In this document: positions 21,930 through 31,737 of the stretch, piece by piece
How positions within the stretch are numbered: position 1 is the stretch's first letter
Layout: each line of letters begins with the position of its first letter
Source: a virus
Reading direction: 5' to 3' (one strand)
IMG/VR virus record: IMGVR_UViG_3300034272_001354
Span: 12,983 to 76,982 of that record
DNA length: 64,000 bases
The notes under the pieces: model-generated
Database searches by the model: none
What the model saw: only the letters and a program-made list of their open reading frames with translations
What the model was told of the DNA's origin: nothing
Made by a program: the position numbers and the translations under genes

Positions 21930-22607
21930 ATGAAAAGAGTAGTTAAATTATCAGAATCTAAATTAACTGAATTAGTTAAACGAATTATGTCTGAACAAGA
22001 TAGTGAAAGATATATGTTTTTTAGTAATTTAGAACAAATTCATAGACAAACAGGTTTATTATTAGAATTAAATAAAAACACTGTTGAAGGTATTTTAGAT
22101 GGTGGACACGATTGGGCTCAAGACCACGTATCAACCGCAAAAGAAAGCCTTGACCAAGTTTTTGATTTTATGATGAATGAAACTAAAAATGAAGACAATA
22201 TAACTGTTTTAGAACAAGATTATTCTTCAGACACTGAAAGACCTACAAGTGACAGAGAACGTCAAGTAAAGTCCTTATTTGGTGATAAATATGGACAGTA
22301 TATTCCTAACGATGTTATTAGATATATAAGAAAGAGTCCTGCTCAATTCATTAAGAAAATCTATCAAATGTACGGAGACAAGGTTTATGATTATCTTGAT
22401 AAAGCAAAAAGTCAAAGTAATGATGAGGTAGTTTCTGAAGGTAAAAAGAAACCCGGTACTAAATTATGTGCTCGTGGTAAAGCGGCTGCTAAATCAAAAT
22501 TTAAAGTTTATCCTTCAGCTTATTCAAACGGCTTTGCGGTTCAAGTTTGTAAAGGAACTAAAGCAGGGTTAGACGGTCAAAAGAGGTGTTCATCACCATA
22601 TTGTTAA
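21930..22607 (+). CDS. putative internal head protein
   Basis: N-terminal KLSESKLTELVKRIMSEQ leader; basic C-terminal KFKVYPSAYSN domain. Confidence 0.5.
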   Translation: MKRVVKLSESKLTELVKRIMSEQDSERYMFFSNLEQIHRQTGLLLELNKNTVEGILDGGHDWAQDHVSTAKESLDQVFDFMMNETKNEDNITVLEQDYSSDTERPTSDRERQVKSLFGDKYGQYIPNDVIRYIRKSPAQFIKKIYQMYGDKVYDYLDKAKSQSNDEVVSEGKKKPGTKLCARGKAAAKSKFKVYPSAYSNGFAVQVCKGTKAGLDGQKRCSSPYC

Positions 22608-22611
22608 AAAT

Positions 22612-22638
22612 AAAAAACCCCCATTAATTGGGGGTTTT
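22612..22638. terminator. bidirectional intrinsic terminator
   Basis: AAAACCCCCA-TTAAT-TGGGGGTTTT. Confidence 0.75.
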
Positions 22639-22688
22639 ATTTTATAAATAATATTTCTTATTATTTTTGGTTATTTAAAAAATTTGTG

Positions 22689-22696
22689 TATCTTTG
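22689..22696 (+). promoter_or_regulatory. Bacteroidota sigma70 -7 element
   Basis: TATCTTTG with TTTG about 20 nt upstream. Confidence 0.65.
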
Positions 22697-22715
22697 TCGT
22701 GTTAAAATTATTAAG

Positions 22716-23159
22716 ATGATAAAATACATAAAACGAAAATTAAAACGTAGAGCAGTTAGAAAAAAATTATTGCAGTTCCAAATAATTTATGATGTTGTTG
22801 ACGCGGGTAAGTTAGCAGACATGAACGATTGTATGTTTATTTTTCGTAATACATTAAAACATCCAAGTTCTATCTATGAAATTGCTCCACTATCTTCACA
22901 TAGAATTATCGAAAATAAAAAATTGGGAGTGTTTGTAGTATTAGATGATAAAAAAATAACAATCATTAATCACGTTTGTTATTATAGTAATATTTCCATG
23001 ACCGATAGAGATTGGAATAAAATGGTTAGAATGTTCGATAATAGAGTTCAAGAAAATCGTATGAGAAGAATTGAACAAATGAAATCTCAAGTAGAACATT
23101 CATTATCAAAGTTAAAGAATAAAATCTTACTTAAATCAAAAACCCCTACTATCGAGTAA
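22716..23159 (+). CDS. hypothetical basic protein
   Basis: ATG 22716 lies downstream of the host-type promoter. Confidence 0.65.
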   Translation: MIKYIKRKLKRRAVRKKLLQFQIIYDVVDAGKLADMNDCMFIFRNTLKHPSSIYEIAPLSSHRIIENKKLGVFVVLDDKKITIINHVCYYSNISMTDRDWNKMVRMFDNRVQENRMRRIEQMKSQVEHSLSKLKNKILLKSKTPTIE

Positions 23160-23850
23160 GGGGTTTTTTAAATTCTTCTTTTAATACCTTTTTAATTATA
23201 TTTCTTAATGATTCATTTTTTGAAGGGGTTTTTAGTCCATTTGGGACAACATCTTCTATAAGGGTGTCTTTGGTTATCTCAACCCATTCATTAACCGTAT
23301 TTACATCGTATGTATCAATGTGGTATGTACCATCCACACCTTTTTCCCACATACCAACAACGGTGTCTCTATTACCTTTTAATGTTTTACTTTTACTCTT
23401 ATTATTAAATTCAGATTCAAGGGTATTTACAAATGGGTCTAATTCAGATTTAATCCATTTTCTCAAACCTAATTCAATAGGACCATTGTATTCTCCGGCA
23501 CTAACGGTCGTTGTATTTTCATCAATAGGAACAATTTTCTTACCTTTACCAGGAGTTTGATTTAATACCCCACCTTCTTCATCATTCTGCTCCGGATGTT
23601 TTTTTACGTATTTGGCAATTTTTCTTGATTCTTTCTCTATTTTAGATATTTTAGATTTTGGAGTACTCATCTCACCATCATAACTATCAAACGCTAATTC
23701 AGCACTATCATATTTTGATGTAGGTACAGTAAATGGTTGTAGTTGCTCTTTATTGAACAATCTAACTCCCGGGCTCAAAGGAACTCTTACTTGTCCCGAG
23801 CCACGATGACCGGTTGCCTCTTTAATTTGATTTTTGTTATTTTTATTCAT
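23149..23850 (-). CDS. hypothetical protein, putative head-internal
   Basis: ATG 23850 follows the TATTTATA motif; repeated IKE/IDE/VNE sites; C-terminal LRNIIKKVLKEE. Confidence 0.6.
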   Translation of the reverse strand: MNKNNKNQIKEATGHRGSGQVRVPLSPGVRLFNKEQLQPFTVPTSKYDSAELAFDSYDGEMSTPKSKISKIEKESRKIAKYVKKHPEQNDEEGGVLNQTPGKGKKIVPIDENTTTVSAGEYNGPIELGLRKWIKSELDPFVNTLESEFNNKSKSKTLKGNRDTVVGMWEKGVDGTYHIDTYDVNTVNEWVEITKDTLIEDVVPNGLKTPSKNESLRNIIKKVLKEEFKKPLTR

Positions 23851-23878
23851 ATACTTATAAATATACAAAATTTTAATT

Positions 23879-24109
23879 ATGGAACAACAACAAGAACTAT
23901 TCGGAAAATTATTTAATACAATCCCATTGTACAACGAAGACCATTTAGATGTCCTACTATCAACAATGGATAAAGAACAATCAATCTATATCCTAACACA
24001 AGCAGTTAGTTTTGCATTTCATTCAGGGATATTTTCATTGGGGGAATCTGAAATCATCTCAAAATCAATTAGAACTTTAAATAAAGTTGAAAAAAATGTT
24101 GTAGAGTAA
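23879..24109 (+). CDS. hypothetical protein
   Basis: 76-aa ORF. Confidence 0.6.
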   Translation: MEQQQELFGKLFNTIPLYNEDHLDVLLSTMDKEQSIYILTQAVSFAFHSGIFSLGESEIISKSIRTLNKVEKNVVE

Positions 24110-24120
24110 AAAATAATAAT

Positions 24121-24128
24121 TACATTTG
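24121..24128 (+). promoter_or_regulatory. Bacteroidota sigma70 -7 element
   Basis: TACATTTG 17 nt before the ATG at 24146. Confidence 0.55.
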
Positions 24129-24145
24129 TAAAAAATATTTATATT

Positions 24146-24400
24146 ATGAAAAAATTATTAATTATCTTGTTATTATTAGTTAGTGGTTTGTCGTTTTCTC
24201 AAGAAAAGAAAAAAGTTTCAACCAAAAAAATAGACCAAACCGTTACTCAAAAAATGGACTCCTTATCTAAAGTTTATAAAGTAAAAGTTATTGGCTCATA
24301 TAAAATAACCCATAACGATGTTTATGTTGAAGGAATTGTTTATGAAGACAAATCAGGAAATGTCCACGATAAAGAAACTAAAAGAATTAAAATTAATTAA
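24146..24400 (+). CDS. small secreted protein (Sec signal peptide)
   Basis: MKKLLIILLLLVSGLSFS|QE, a Bacteroidota-type signal peptide with Gln at +1. Confidence 0.7.
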   Translation: MKKLLIILLLLVSGLSFSQEKKKVSTKKIDQTVTQKMDSLSKVYKVKVIGSYKITHNDVYVEGIVYEDKSGNVHDKETKRIKIN

Positions 24401-24410
24401 AAAAGGGTGA

Positions 24411-25541
24411 TTAAATACAACCTCCCTCTATTTTAAATCCTGTTGACCCCATTCCAGGACCCCCAATAGGTGCATAAACAAAAAATAAATTATTACCTTT
24501 ACTAGTATCATATACTAATTCATATGGTGTAGTTCTTTTTTCATAAAGTACGAACTCTCTAACACCATTATTATATTGCTCTAATAAATTAACGAATCCT
24601 AAAGAAACTTCACCAGTACCTGTATTAGCTTGTAATATTGACTTTAATTTTTTCAAATCATTTTTGTTAATTAAATCTAATGAAATATTTTTTAATTTTT
24701 CGTTTTTAAAAATCAATGAAACTAATTCATCTATTGATGAAACATTTTTAGTAATTATTTTACTACCACTAACTGCAGGGGATTTTTGGTTATATATTTT
24801 AGTTAAACTATCAACCCACGCAGGTATATAATTTATTATATCATCCAAATATAATTCTGTAGATACATATCCGGTGTCTAATGTTATTTGTTTTTGAGTA
24901 TCAGTAACAATTAATCTATCAGGCATTGTTCCCGTATCAAAACTCAATTTACCTTTATCATTTAAGTCATTTTGATATTTTGAAGGTAAAATTGCAATAT
25001 AATTATTCGATTTAGAACCTTGAACTCCTTCATAGTCAATGTTAAAGTTACACTTCTCAGTAGATTTTTCTGCGGATAAATTTAAAGTTACATATTGATA
25101 TTTTGTATAGTCAGGGTGTTTAGAACCTTTGGTTTCATCCCACTCAGGACCTTGAGCTCCTAAATTATTAATTTTAATAGATATTTTATCACCTAATTTT
25201 GATTTTATATATTTTTCAACTTCCGAAGCTCTTAATTTGGATAAATCTCCTGAGTTTAACCCTACACCTTCATTTGGAACTTTCGATTCTGATGAATTAA
25301 TCACGATAGTGTTAAATGAACCTTTACCGGATTTTAAATAATCATTAATTTGTTTTATTGCATTATCAATTTCAGTAGTATTATTTAACTCATATTCACC
25401 ACTAGGAAACGAATTTGAAATATTAAATTTTATAGGTTCTGTAATATCTTCTTTAATTAAATAAAGTTTTTTAGTAGCACTTTCATGAAGTCCTAAAATT
25501 CTATTTTTTTCTTCACTTGAAATTTCAAATAAATTTTTCAT
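24411..25541 (-). CDS. protein with leader motif and divergent OmpA-like domain
   Basis: Start MKNLFEISSEEKNRILGLHE at 25541; FPSGEYEL...SSES...LSKLRASEVEKYI resembles OmpA_C. Confidence 0.55.
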   Translation of the reverse strand: MKNLFEISSEEKNRILGLHESATKKLYLIKEDITEPIKFNISNSFPSGEYELNNTTEIDNAIKQINDYLKSGKGSFNTIVINSSESKVPNEGVGLNSGDLSKLRASEVEKYIKSKLGDKISIKINNLGAQGPEWDETKGSKHPDYTKYQYVTLNLSAEKSTEKCNFNIDYEGVQGSKSNNYIAILPSKYQNDLNDKGKLSFDTGTMPDRLIVTDTQKQITLDTGYVSTELYLDDIINYIPAWVDSLTKIYNQKSPAVSGSKIITKNVSSIDELVSLIFKNEKLKNISLDLINKNDLKKLKSILQANTGTGEVSLGFVNLLEQYNNGVREFVLYEKRTTPYELVYDTSKGNNLFFVYAPIGGPGMGSTGFKIEGGCI

Positions 25542-25571
25542 AATTTTTCTTTTAATATAAATATAAGATAA

Positions 25572-25602
25572 AAAAAAAGAGGACAAATATTTGTCCTCTT
25601 TT
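25572..25602. terminator. terminator of the capsid gene
   Basis: AAAAAGAGGACAAA-TA-TTTGTCCTCTTTTT. Confidence 0.8.
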
Positions 25603-25623
25603 TGGTATATCATAAGATATTGA

Positions 25624-27540
25624 TTATCTCAATTCTCTTAAGTCAAATGTTCTAACACCATCAACGGTAATTCTTCCGTAAAAACGGTTATTTACCATCT
25701 TTTTCGCGTAACGAGTCATTATACCTTTAATCGGTGTAAAGTTGAATGGGTTGTACATTGTAGGTGTTAATTGTAATGGTACATACGGAGCGTAAATGTA
25801 TCCTGTGTCTAACAATGATGTTCCTTTGTGTCCAATTAACACTTGGTTAGCTGGGAAGTAAGGGTCACGGTAAACTTGGTAACGACCTGCTAATGTACCT
25901 ACTCTTTCAATACCCATGTTGTATTGGTCTTGCTCAGGAGACGCATTAGATACGTGGAAGTACTCTAAATCATCAAAGATAGCTGAAACTTCAGAAGAAA
26001 CAACAATCCAGTTTGCTCCACCTCTTAATGTAGATTTGTGGATTTGTGCAGACAATTGGTTGATTGCTGTAATTAATGTTTGGTTCCAATCTTTTTGAGT
26101 ATAAGAAGTTGTTTGAGAAATTCTTCTCCAACCATTGTAATCCCAACGTAAGTTCCATGCTGCACCTTTACGTAAATCTCTTAAGATTTCACGGTCGATT
26201 TCAGCCGCAACTTGTTCAGATAATAAAGCTGTTAATTCAGCTTCAGCATCGATGTTGTGGAAAGCCGCAACGTCTTGAGCTAACTCAGGAGACCATTGTG
26301 CTCTTAATTTTCTTTCTGTAACAGATACAGTAACTGAATCTAAATCGAAAGAAACCTCACCGATTTTATCTTCAAATTCTAACTCTTCGTAACGTCTGAA
26401 AGCCGCTGCGAATGAAGTTCCTGATACCGCAGTTTCGATAGTAGTACCTGTGTAACCATCTAAAGATGTAGAATCACAATCAGCACATACCGGACAAGAT
26501 AAATCAACTTCTAACCAAATACATCCATCAGCGTCACAAACATTTTTGAATGAACCACCGTTACCTGTATTAGATGCTGTACCCGCTGGGTTACCTGAAG
26601 GGAAGTAAGTTTGAGTAGTATTACCATATTTCACAATACCTCTACCATAGATTTGAGTCACAACTCTAAATAATAAAGAACCTGTACTAACTGTACATGG
26701 TGAAGTTGAAGAAACAGTTAAACCATTTCCTGTGTAAACGATTAAGTCAGATAAGAATGATTCAGTATCCATTTCGTTACCATCAGGTCCGATTAATTTT
26801 CCTGCACCTGTATCAGCAAAACCACACATTTTAATGATAACTTTTCTTGTGTTACCTGAAGCAATAACTGCTGCTCCATCAGTTGTTCCTGAAATGTTAG
26901 CATCAACTAAAACTCCACCTGTCCATTTTTGGATAGTTGTAGTAGCAGTGATTGCTGACCAACGACCTTTAGAATAATCAAATAATCCTGGAGGGTCTAA
27001 TTGAGCCTCATTTCCTTCATAGAATAAATCATAAAGATTTTTTTCGTATACAGGGTTATAAGTTCCTGAACCTGTAGTGTAACCTGCATTTGGATTACCA
27101 CCTGTACCGTTAGGTGAAGGTAATGTACCATCATTGTAGTTACCCGGAGCTCCAACAGGTGCATAGTGCTCACCTGAATATTGTCCTGCAATACCATCTT
27201 TATATCCTTGGATTTTTGGTACAAAGTAGAATAATTTACCGATTGGTAAGTTCATAGCTTGTACAGAAACGATGTCATTCGCTAATAATTTAGAGAATAC
27301 TCTTCTTACGATAGGAAATACAACAGTTTCGAATGAACCTGAAGACCCGTCAGAAGTTGCTTCGTTTATTAAGAAAGACGCTTGGTTCTCATATAACTGA
27401 GCTACGTTTTCTCTTAAGTGACCTTTAAGACCTTCTAGAAATCCTAATTTGTCCCATTTATTAATTGTGTCCTCTTTAATAACTTTAAGGTGTTTTAACC
27501 CGATGTTACCAACTAGACCTGATTCTAATAATGCTCCCAT
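25624..27540 (-). CDS. major capsid protein, T4 gp23-like
   Basis: VSVQAMNLPIGKLFY, RKLRAQWSPELAQD, AEIDREIL, GYIYAPYVPL, TPIKGIMTRYA. Confidence 0.95.
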   Translation of the reverse strand: MGALLESGLVGNIGLKHLKVIKEDTINKWDKLGFLEGLKGHLRENVAQLYENQASFLINEATSDGSSGSFETVVFPIVRRVFSKLLANDIVSVQAMNLPIGKLFYFVPKIQGYKDGIAGQYSGEHYAPVGAPGNYNDGTLPSPNGTGGNPNAGYTTGSGTYNPVYEKNLYDLFYEGNEAQLDPPGLFDYSKGRWSAITATTTIQKWTGGVLVDANISGTTDGAAVIASGNTRKVIIKMCGFADTGAGKLIGPDGNEMDTESFLSDLIVYTGNGLTVSSTSPCTVSTGSLLFRVVTQIYGRGIVKYGNTTQTYFPSGNPAGTASNTGNGGSFKNVCDADGCIWLEVDLSCPVCADCDSTSLDGYTGTTIETAVSGTSFAAAFRRYEELEFEDKIGEVSFDLDSVTVSVTERKLRAQWSPELAQDVAAFHNIDAEAELTALLSEQVAAEIDREILRDLRKGAAWNLRWDYNGWRRISQTTSYTQKDWNQTLITAINQLSAQIHKSTLRGGANWIVVSSEVSAIFDDLEYFHVSNASPEQDQYNMGIERVGTLAGRYQVYRDPYFPANQVLIGHKGTSLLDTGYIYAPYVPLQLTPTMYNPFNFTPIKGIMTRYAKKMVNNRFYGRITVDGVRTFDLRELR

Positions 27541-27573
27541 TTTTTTGGTTTTTATTAATTTTTTAGTTTATTT

Positions 27574-29100
27574 TTATTTTAATTTTGACATTAAATCTTT
27601 CATTCTCAAGAACTGTGGATTCTCATATGTTTTAGATTCAATTAAGTTAACTGCCGACCCTGTTGAAGGTGCTTTAGCAATTGTTCTTTCTAATGATTCA
27701 TTCATAGGTTGAGATGCAGTCCCTGTAAGTTCATCTTTAATGACTTTGTATAAGTTTTTAGATTCTTTAATGTTTTCAACACCGTCAAATCTTCTTAAGA
27801 TATTTATTTTTTCTTGTTTTGATGTTGAATGTTCTGTGAACAAACGAGTAGCGTAAGCTAAGTTTGAATTAAACACTGCAACCTCATTCAATTTATTTCT
27901 AAATACGTTAAGAGCTTTTCTGTATTCTTCATTCTTTTCTCTTAAAACTTTTAATTCACTTGTGTTTTGGTTCTCTTTAATTGCGGTATTAAAAGATGAG
28001 TGAGCTCTTGGTTTTGGTAACCCACCTCTTCTGAAATTACTTCCATTACCTAATGTACGAGAAGCCTCTTTAGGTTCAACTTTTTTAGTTGTATTAGCAA
28101 TTTTAGTTGTTTGCTCTTTTGTTTCTGTTTTTTTAACAGATTTCATTTTTCCTTCAAGATTTTCACCTTCTTTATATTCAAATTTAGCTTTACCTGTTCC
28201 CATTGTTGGATTAACTGATTTTTTCACAGTTTTAAATCCACCATTTTGGTTTGGTTTTGCATCATATTTAAATTTACTAGGATTACCCATTCCGGTTCCT
28301 TTTGGTTTTACAGACATTTTAGATTCCATCATTGTGTCATCATCCATATCCATATCGTCTTGTTCTTCTATTTCCATGTCCATGTCGTCTTGCTCTTCTA
28401 ACTCTGAATCATCTTCGTCATCAAAAGAAATTTCATAAACGATTTCTTCATCGTCCATATCTTCTTCTTCGTCAAACATCATTTCATCACTTTCTCCAAA
28501 TTCAGAATCTTCGTCGTCATTATCAAATACTCTAGAGATAATATCTTCGATACCTTCAGAATCCATGTCCTCTTCTTCGTCATCGAAGTCCATATCTTCT
28601 TCTTCGTCGTCAAATTCTTCGAACATTTCTAATTCATCTTCACCTTCACCAACAATCATATATTCTTTGTTGTTCTCTTCGTCTTTTAAACTGATGTTAC
28701 CAGAATCATCTTTAGTAACAACAATATTATCTTCAGGTCCCATCAATTGGAATACACGTAAGATTTCTTCATCATCTTCTACGTCAGTAAGGTCTATGGT
28801 GTCTTCATCATCCATATCCATATCCATATTATCGGTATCCATGTCATCTTCCATATCCATATCAACATCTACGTCGTCCATTTCTGTATCGTCCATATCT
28901 GTATCCATATCCATGTCATCCATGTCAACCTCAGTGTCAATCTCCTCATCATCTTGTTCTGTAAGAGATTCTTTTACTAGTTCTTTGATTTCTTGCGACA
29001 TTGTCGAAGCAAGTATTCCTTTTGCATTTTCCGCTACCGCCTCTTCCAAATTTTTCATTTGGATGATAGCTTCTTCAACTAAAGATTTTTCTTTTGCCAT
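27574..29100 (-). CDS. prohead core/scaffold protein
   Basis: Very acidic D/E/M-rich 508-aa protein between the protease and capsid genes. Confidence 0.7.
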   Translation of the reverse strand: MAKEKSLVEEAIIQMKNLEEAVAENAKGILASTMSQEIKELVKESLTEQDDEEIDTEVDMDDMDMDTDMDDTEMDDVDVDMDMEDDMDTDNMDMDMDDEDTIDLTDVEDDEEILRVFQLMGPEDNIVVTKDDSGNISLKDEENNKEYMIVGEGEDELEMFEEFDDEEEDMDFDDEEEDMDSEGIEDIISRVFDNDDEDSEFGESDEMMFDEEEDMDDEEIVYEISFDDEDDSELEEQDDMDMEIEEQDDMDMDDDTMMESKMSVKPKGTGMGNPSKFKYDAKPNQNGGFKTVKKSVNPTMGTGKAKFEYKEGENLEGKMKSVKKTETKEQTTKIANTTKKVEPKEASRTLGNGSNFRRGGLPKPRAHSSFNTAIKENQNTSELKVLREKNEEYRKALNVFRNKLNEVAVFNSNLAYATRLFTEHSTSKQEKINILRRFDGVENIKESKNLYKVIKDELTGTASQPMNESLERTIAKAPSTGSAVNLIESKTYENPQFLRMKDLMSKLK

Positions 29101-29266
29101 TTGTGTTTAAGTTATTTTAATATATAAATATCTCCCATTATCAAAAAAGCATTATTTTTGCTAATTTGATAATGAGTTTTTTATATTAATAAATATTACC
29201 AAAAAAATAAAAGCATAAAAAAAGGAGACATTTCTGTCTCCTTAATTAATTATTGAATATAAATTC

Positions 29267-29476
29267 TTATTCTATCACTTCATCAATTTTACTTTCAACA
29301 ATTGCTGTGATTCTCCATTCCATTGTATAATGCTCAAATACTTTTGTTACTTTAGCCTCTACGTCAGTTGGGTTGTAACCACTCACTAATTTTTCTTCTC
29401 TTAATTTTTTAATCTTACCTGATGCCTCATCAACTGAGTCCAATGTAATTTTTGCAATGAAATACTTTTCGTCCAT
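29267..29476 (-). CDS. hypothetical protein
   Basis: 69-aa ORF followed by hairpin terminator at about 29219-29243. Confidence 0.65.
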   Translation of the reverse strand: MDEKYFIAKITLDSVDEASGKIKKLREEKLVSGYNPTDVEAKVTKVFEHYTMEWRITAIVESKIDEVIE

Positions 29477-29493
29477 AATTTTTTCTATTTAGT

Positions 29494-30219
29494 TTAATAT
29501 CCTAAATAATCGTTTAATTTTTTCATTAAGTCAAGTGATTTATTTCCTGAATCACCAACATGTCTTTCAATACTCATTTTTTTCTCTTCTTCTAAGTTCT
29601 CGTCATACAGATGTTTGTCATCTTTATTTAAGAATAGATACGCTCCCGGAGTTGAAGGTGAGGACACCAAGTCAAAACAAATTAATTCAAAATCGTCTTG
29701 TACTTCATTTTGTTCACCAATCTTTTTAAGAGAACCTACACCTCTTGACGATATACCTAAAGTAACACCTTGTCTTAAGTAATTTGCTGCCAAATCTCCT
29801 TTGGTTGAACAAATACCTCTTTCGTGGTATCCCGGTGATGTCAATAATTTAATCTTTCCCATTAGGACATTACCTTCCCACCATACTTCGGTGATTGCGT
29901 GAGAAACTCTATCTAAATCAATTAAAGATGATTCCGGGTGATTTAACTCTGAAAGAGCTGTACCCTTTTTAATCATTTTTTTATAATTATCAGCTTCTCT
30001 TTTTAATATACGTTCAGGGTATAATCGACCATTTCTATTTGGTGTATCATATTTTTGTAATACAGCATAAAATTCAAATGGTTTTGAGTGGTCTAACATT
30101 TCATTAGATTCTCTTATTAATGTTTCGTTACGATTATCCTTTGGATTAATATATCCGGCATCGTATTCAACTAATATACCTTTTCCTGATTCGTTCGGTT
30201 GTAATATTCTTAAACTCAT
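29494..30219 (-). CDS. prohead protease, T4 gp21-like
   Basis: NRNGRLYP, ELNHP, GISSRGVGS, DLVSSPSTPGA. Confidence 0.92.
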   Translation of the reverse strand: MSLRILQPNESGKGILVEYDAGYINPKDNRNETLIRESNEMLDHSKPFEFYAVLQKYDTPNRNGRLYPERILKREADNYKKMIKKGTALSELNHPESSLIDLDRVSHAITEVWWEGNVLMGKIKLLTSPGYHERGICSTKGDLAANYLRQGVTLGISSRGVGSLKKIGEQNEVQDDFELICFDLVSSPSTPGAYLFLNKDDKHLYDENLEEEKKMSIERHVGDSGNKSLDLMKKLNDYLGY

Positions 30220-30242
30220 TTTAAATGTTTTAATAATAAATA

Positions 30243-30713
30243 TTAAACATTTTCGGTTTGTAACGTATCTTTAACGGATTTGATTTTTTTAGTTAGATAA
30301 AACTTAAAATAATTGTTGTCATAAAAGTTATCGTTGTAGATTTTATTTGTAATTTTTAATAATGTATCTTTAATTTGTTTTGATTTAAAATCGAGGTTTT
30401 CTTCTATAACATAGAAATTAACTTCTAAATTCATAAATGATTTTTTACCCAAATTTAATCCACTTGACCTTAAATCTAAATCTACAATAAATTTTGTATC
30501 AAAAATTTTATTATTTAACGACTCGTAAACCGAGTGTTTAATACCCCTACTTAAATTTAAAACTGTTCTCGACCAATTATCGGATTCATAGATTGGTTCA
30601 ACCCATGTTTGTACGTTTAAGTAAAGTGATTTCAAGTTTACAGAATCAACTGTCCCATAAACAACTTTCGCGGTTTTGAAACCTGTTAGTTGAGAGGTTT
30701 TCCCCTTTTTCAT
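30243..30713 (-). CDS. hypothetical protein
   Basis: 156-aa ORF in the head module. Confidence 0.65.
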   Translation of the reverse strand: MKKGKTSQLTGFKTAKVVYGTVDSVNLKSLYLNVQTWVEPIYESDNWSRTVLNLSRGIKHSVYESLNNKIFDTKFIVDLDLRSSGLNLGKKSFMNLEVNFYVIEENLDFKSKQIKDTLLKITNKIYNDNFYDNNYFKFYLTKKIKSVKDTLQTENV

Positions 30714-30805
30714 TAATTTTCATATTTTTCCTTTTATTTTTAAAAAAGATAGGTAAAATAAGGGGTCAGGTCAAATTTTTTGTTATTTTGATATATATGT
30801 TATAT

Positions 30806-31000
30806 ATGTTAATAGTTAAATTAGATAAAAATACACCAATAGAGAAAGCACTGAAACTCTATAAAAGTAAAGTTATCAAGACACGTCAAAGTTCTGAACT
30901 TAATAAGCGAAAAGAATTTATCAAACCTTCCGTAAAAAAAAGAAACGTGTTAGCTAAGGCTAAACACGTTCAATTAAAATATTATTCGGATAACGATTAA
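30806..31000 (+). CDS. rpsU: ribosomal protein bS21 (phage-encoded, Bacteroidota type)
   Basis: MLIV...IEKALKLYKSK...RKEFIKPSVKKR; 64 aa from ATG 30806. Confidence 0.85.
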   Translation: MLIVKLDKNTPIEKALKLYKSKVIKTRQSSELNKRKEFIKPSVKKRNVLAKAKHVQLKYYSDND

Positions 31001-31716
31001 AGATTCTCGTTTAAACTTTTAAGTTTAAAATACGTTAATTTGTCGTACTTCTCTGATAACACTTTTGTAAGTGTTTCATCAATTCTAGTTTTCACTGAAT
31101 TATCTTCGGACGAATTCTTCATTGCTTTTAATTTATCAACTACATTTTCTTTAAGGGTGTTATATTTCACGGATAATTCACCATCATCTTCAGATAACAA
31201 TTTAACTATTTCAGCTTTGTCAGATTCACTTAAAGTATCAATATAATTCTTAATAGTTTTATTTGCAACACTAACCATAGTTGATAATGGAAGTTCAATA
31301 CCTTTGGATTCTGTAATTGGAAGTTTTTTCAAATTCTCAATAATTAAATTTTTACTTTTAATTCTTGATTCAATGGTTAAAACATCTGTTGAAAATAAGT
31401 TATCGATATTTTCGTATGAGTTATTAGATTTAGTATTTCTAACCCACATATTTAATTTTTTCAAATCTGCCGGTAAAATTTTATTCACAGCATTTTCATA
31501 TAGAGTAATACATTCGTGGATGTATTCTCTTGAATATGATTCACTCAAACCTTTTTTAGAGTTTAACTCATCATACATATAGAAAATCTTACTAACATTT
31601 TTATTCTCTAATACAAGTTTTTTAAATGTTTTTAATTCGTCTTTAAATGTGTCGTTTTTATACGACTCAAGTAATACGTTTTCTATCTTCGATTTTAATA
31701 TACCAAACTTTGTCAT
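30997..31716 (-). CDS. hypothetical head-module protein
   Basis: 239-aa ORF downstream of portal, with late motif upstream. Confidence 0.7.
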   Translation of the reverse strand: MTKFGILKSKIENVLLESYKNDTFKDELKTFKKLVLENKNVSKIFYMYDELNSKKGLSESYSREYIHECITLYENAVNKILPADLKKLNMWVRNTKSNNSYENIDNLFSTDVLTIESRIKSKNLIIENLKKLPITESKGIELPLSTMVSVANKTIKNYIDTLSESDKAEIVKLLSEDDGELSVKYNTLKENVVDKLKAMKNSSEDNSVKTRIDETLTKVLSEKYDKLTYFKLKSLNENL

Positions 31717-31737
31717 TTTCTTTTTTAATTATAAATA

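Noticed and set aside
28565-29110. Ser-rich 181-aa + strand ORF and similar antisense ORFs (e.g. 509..793, 23264..23560, 31868..32101, 41024..41314, 44243..44641)
   Set aside because: Shadow frames of well-supported genes on the opposite strand
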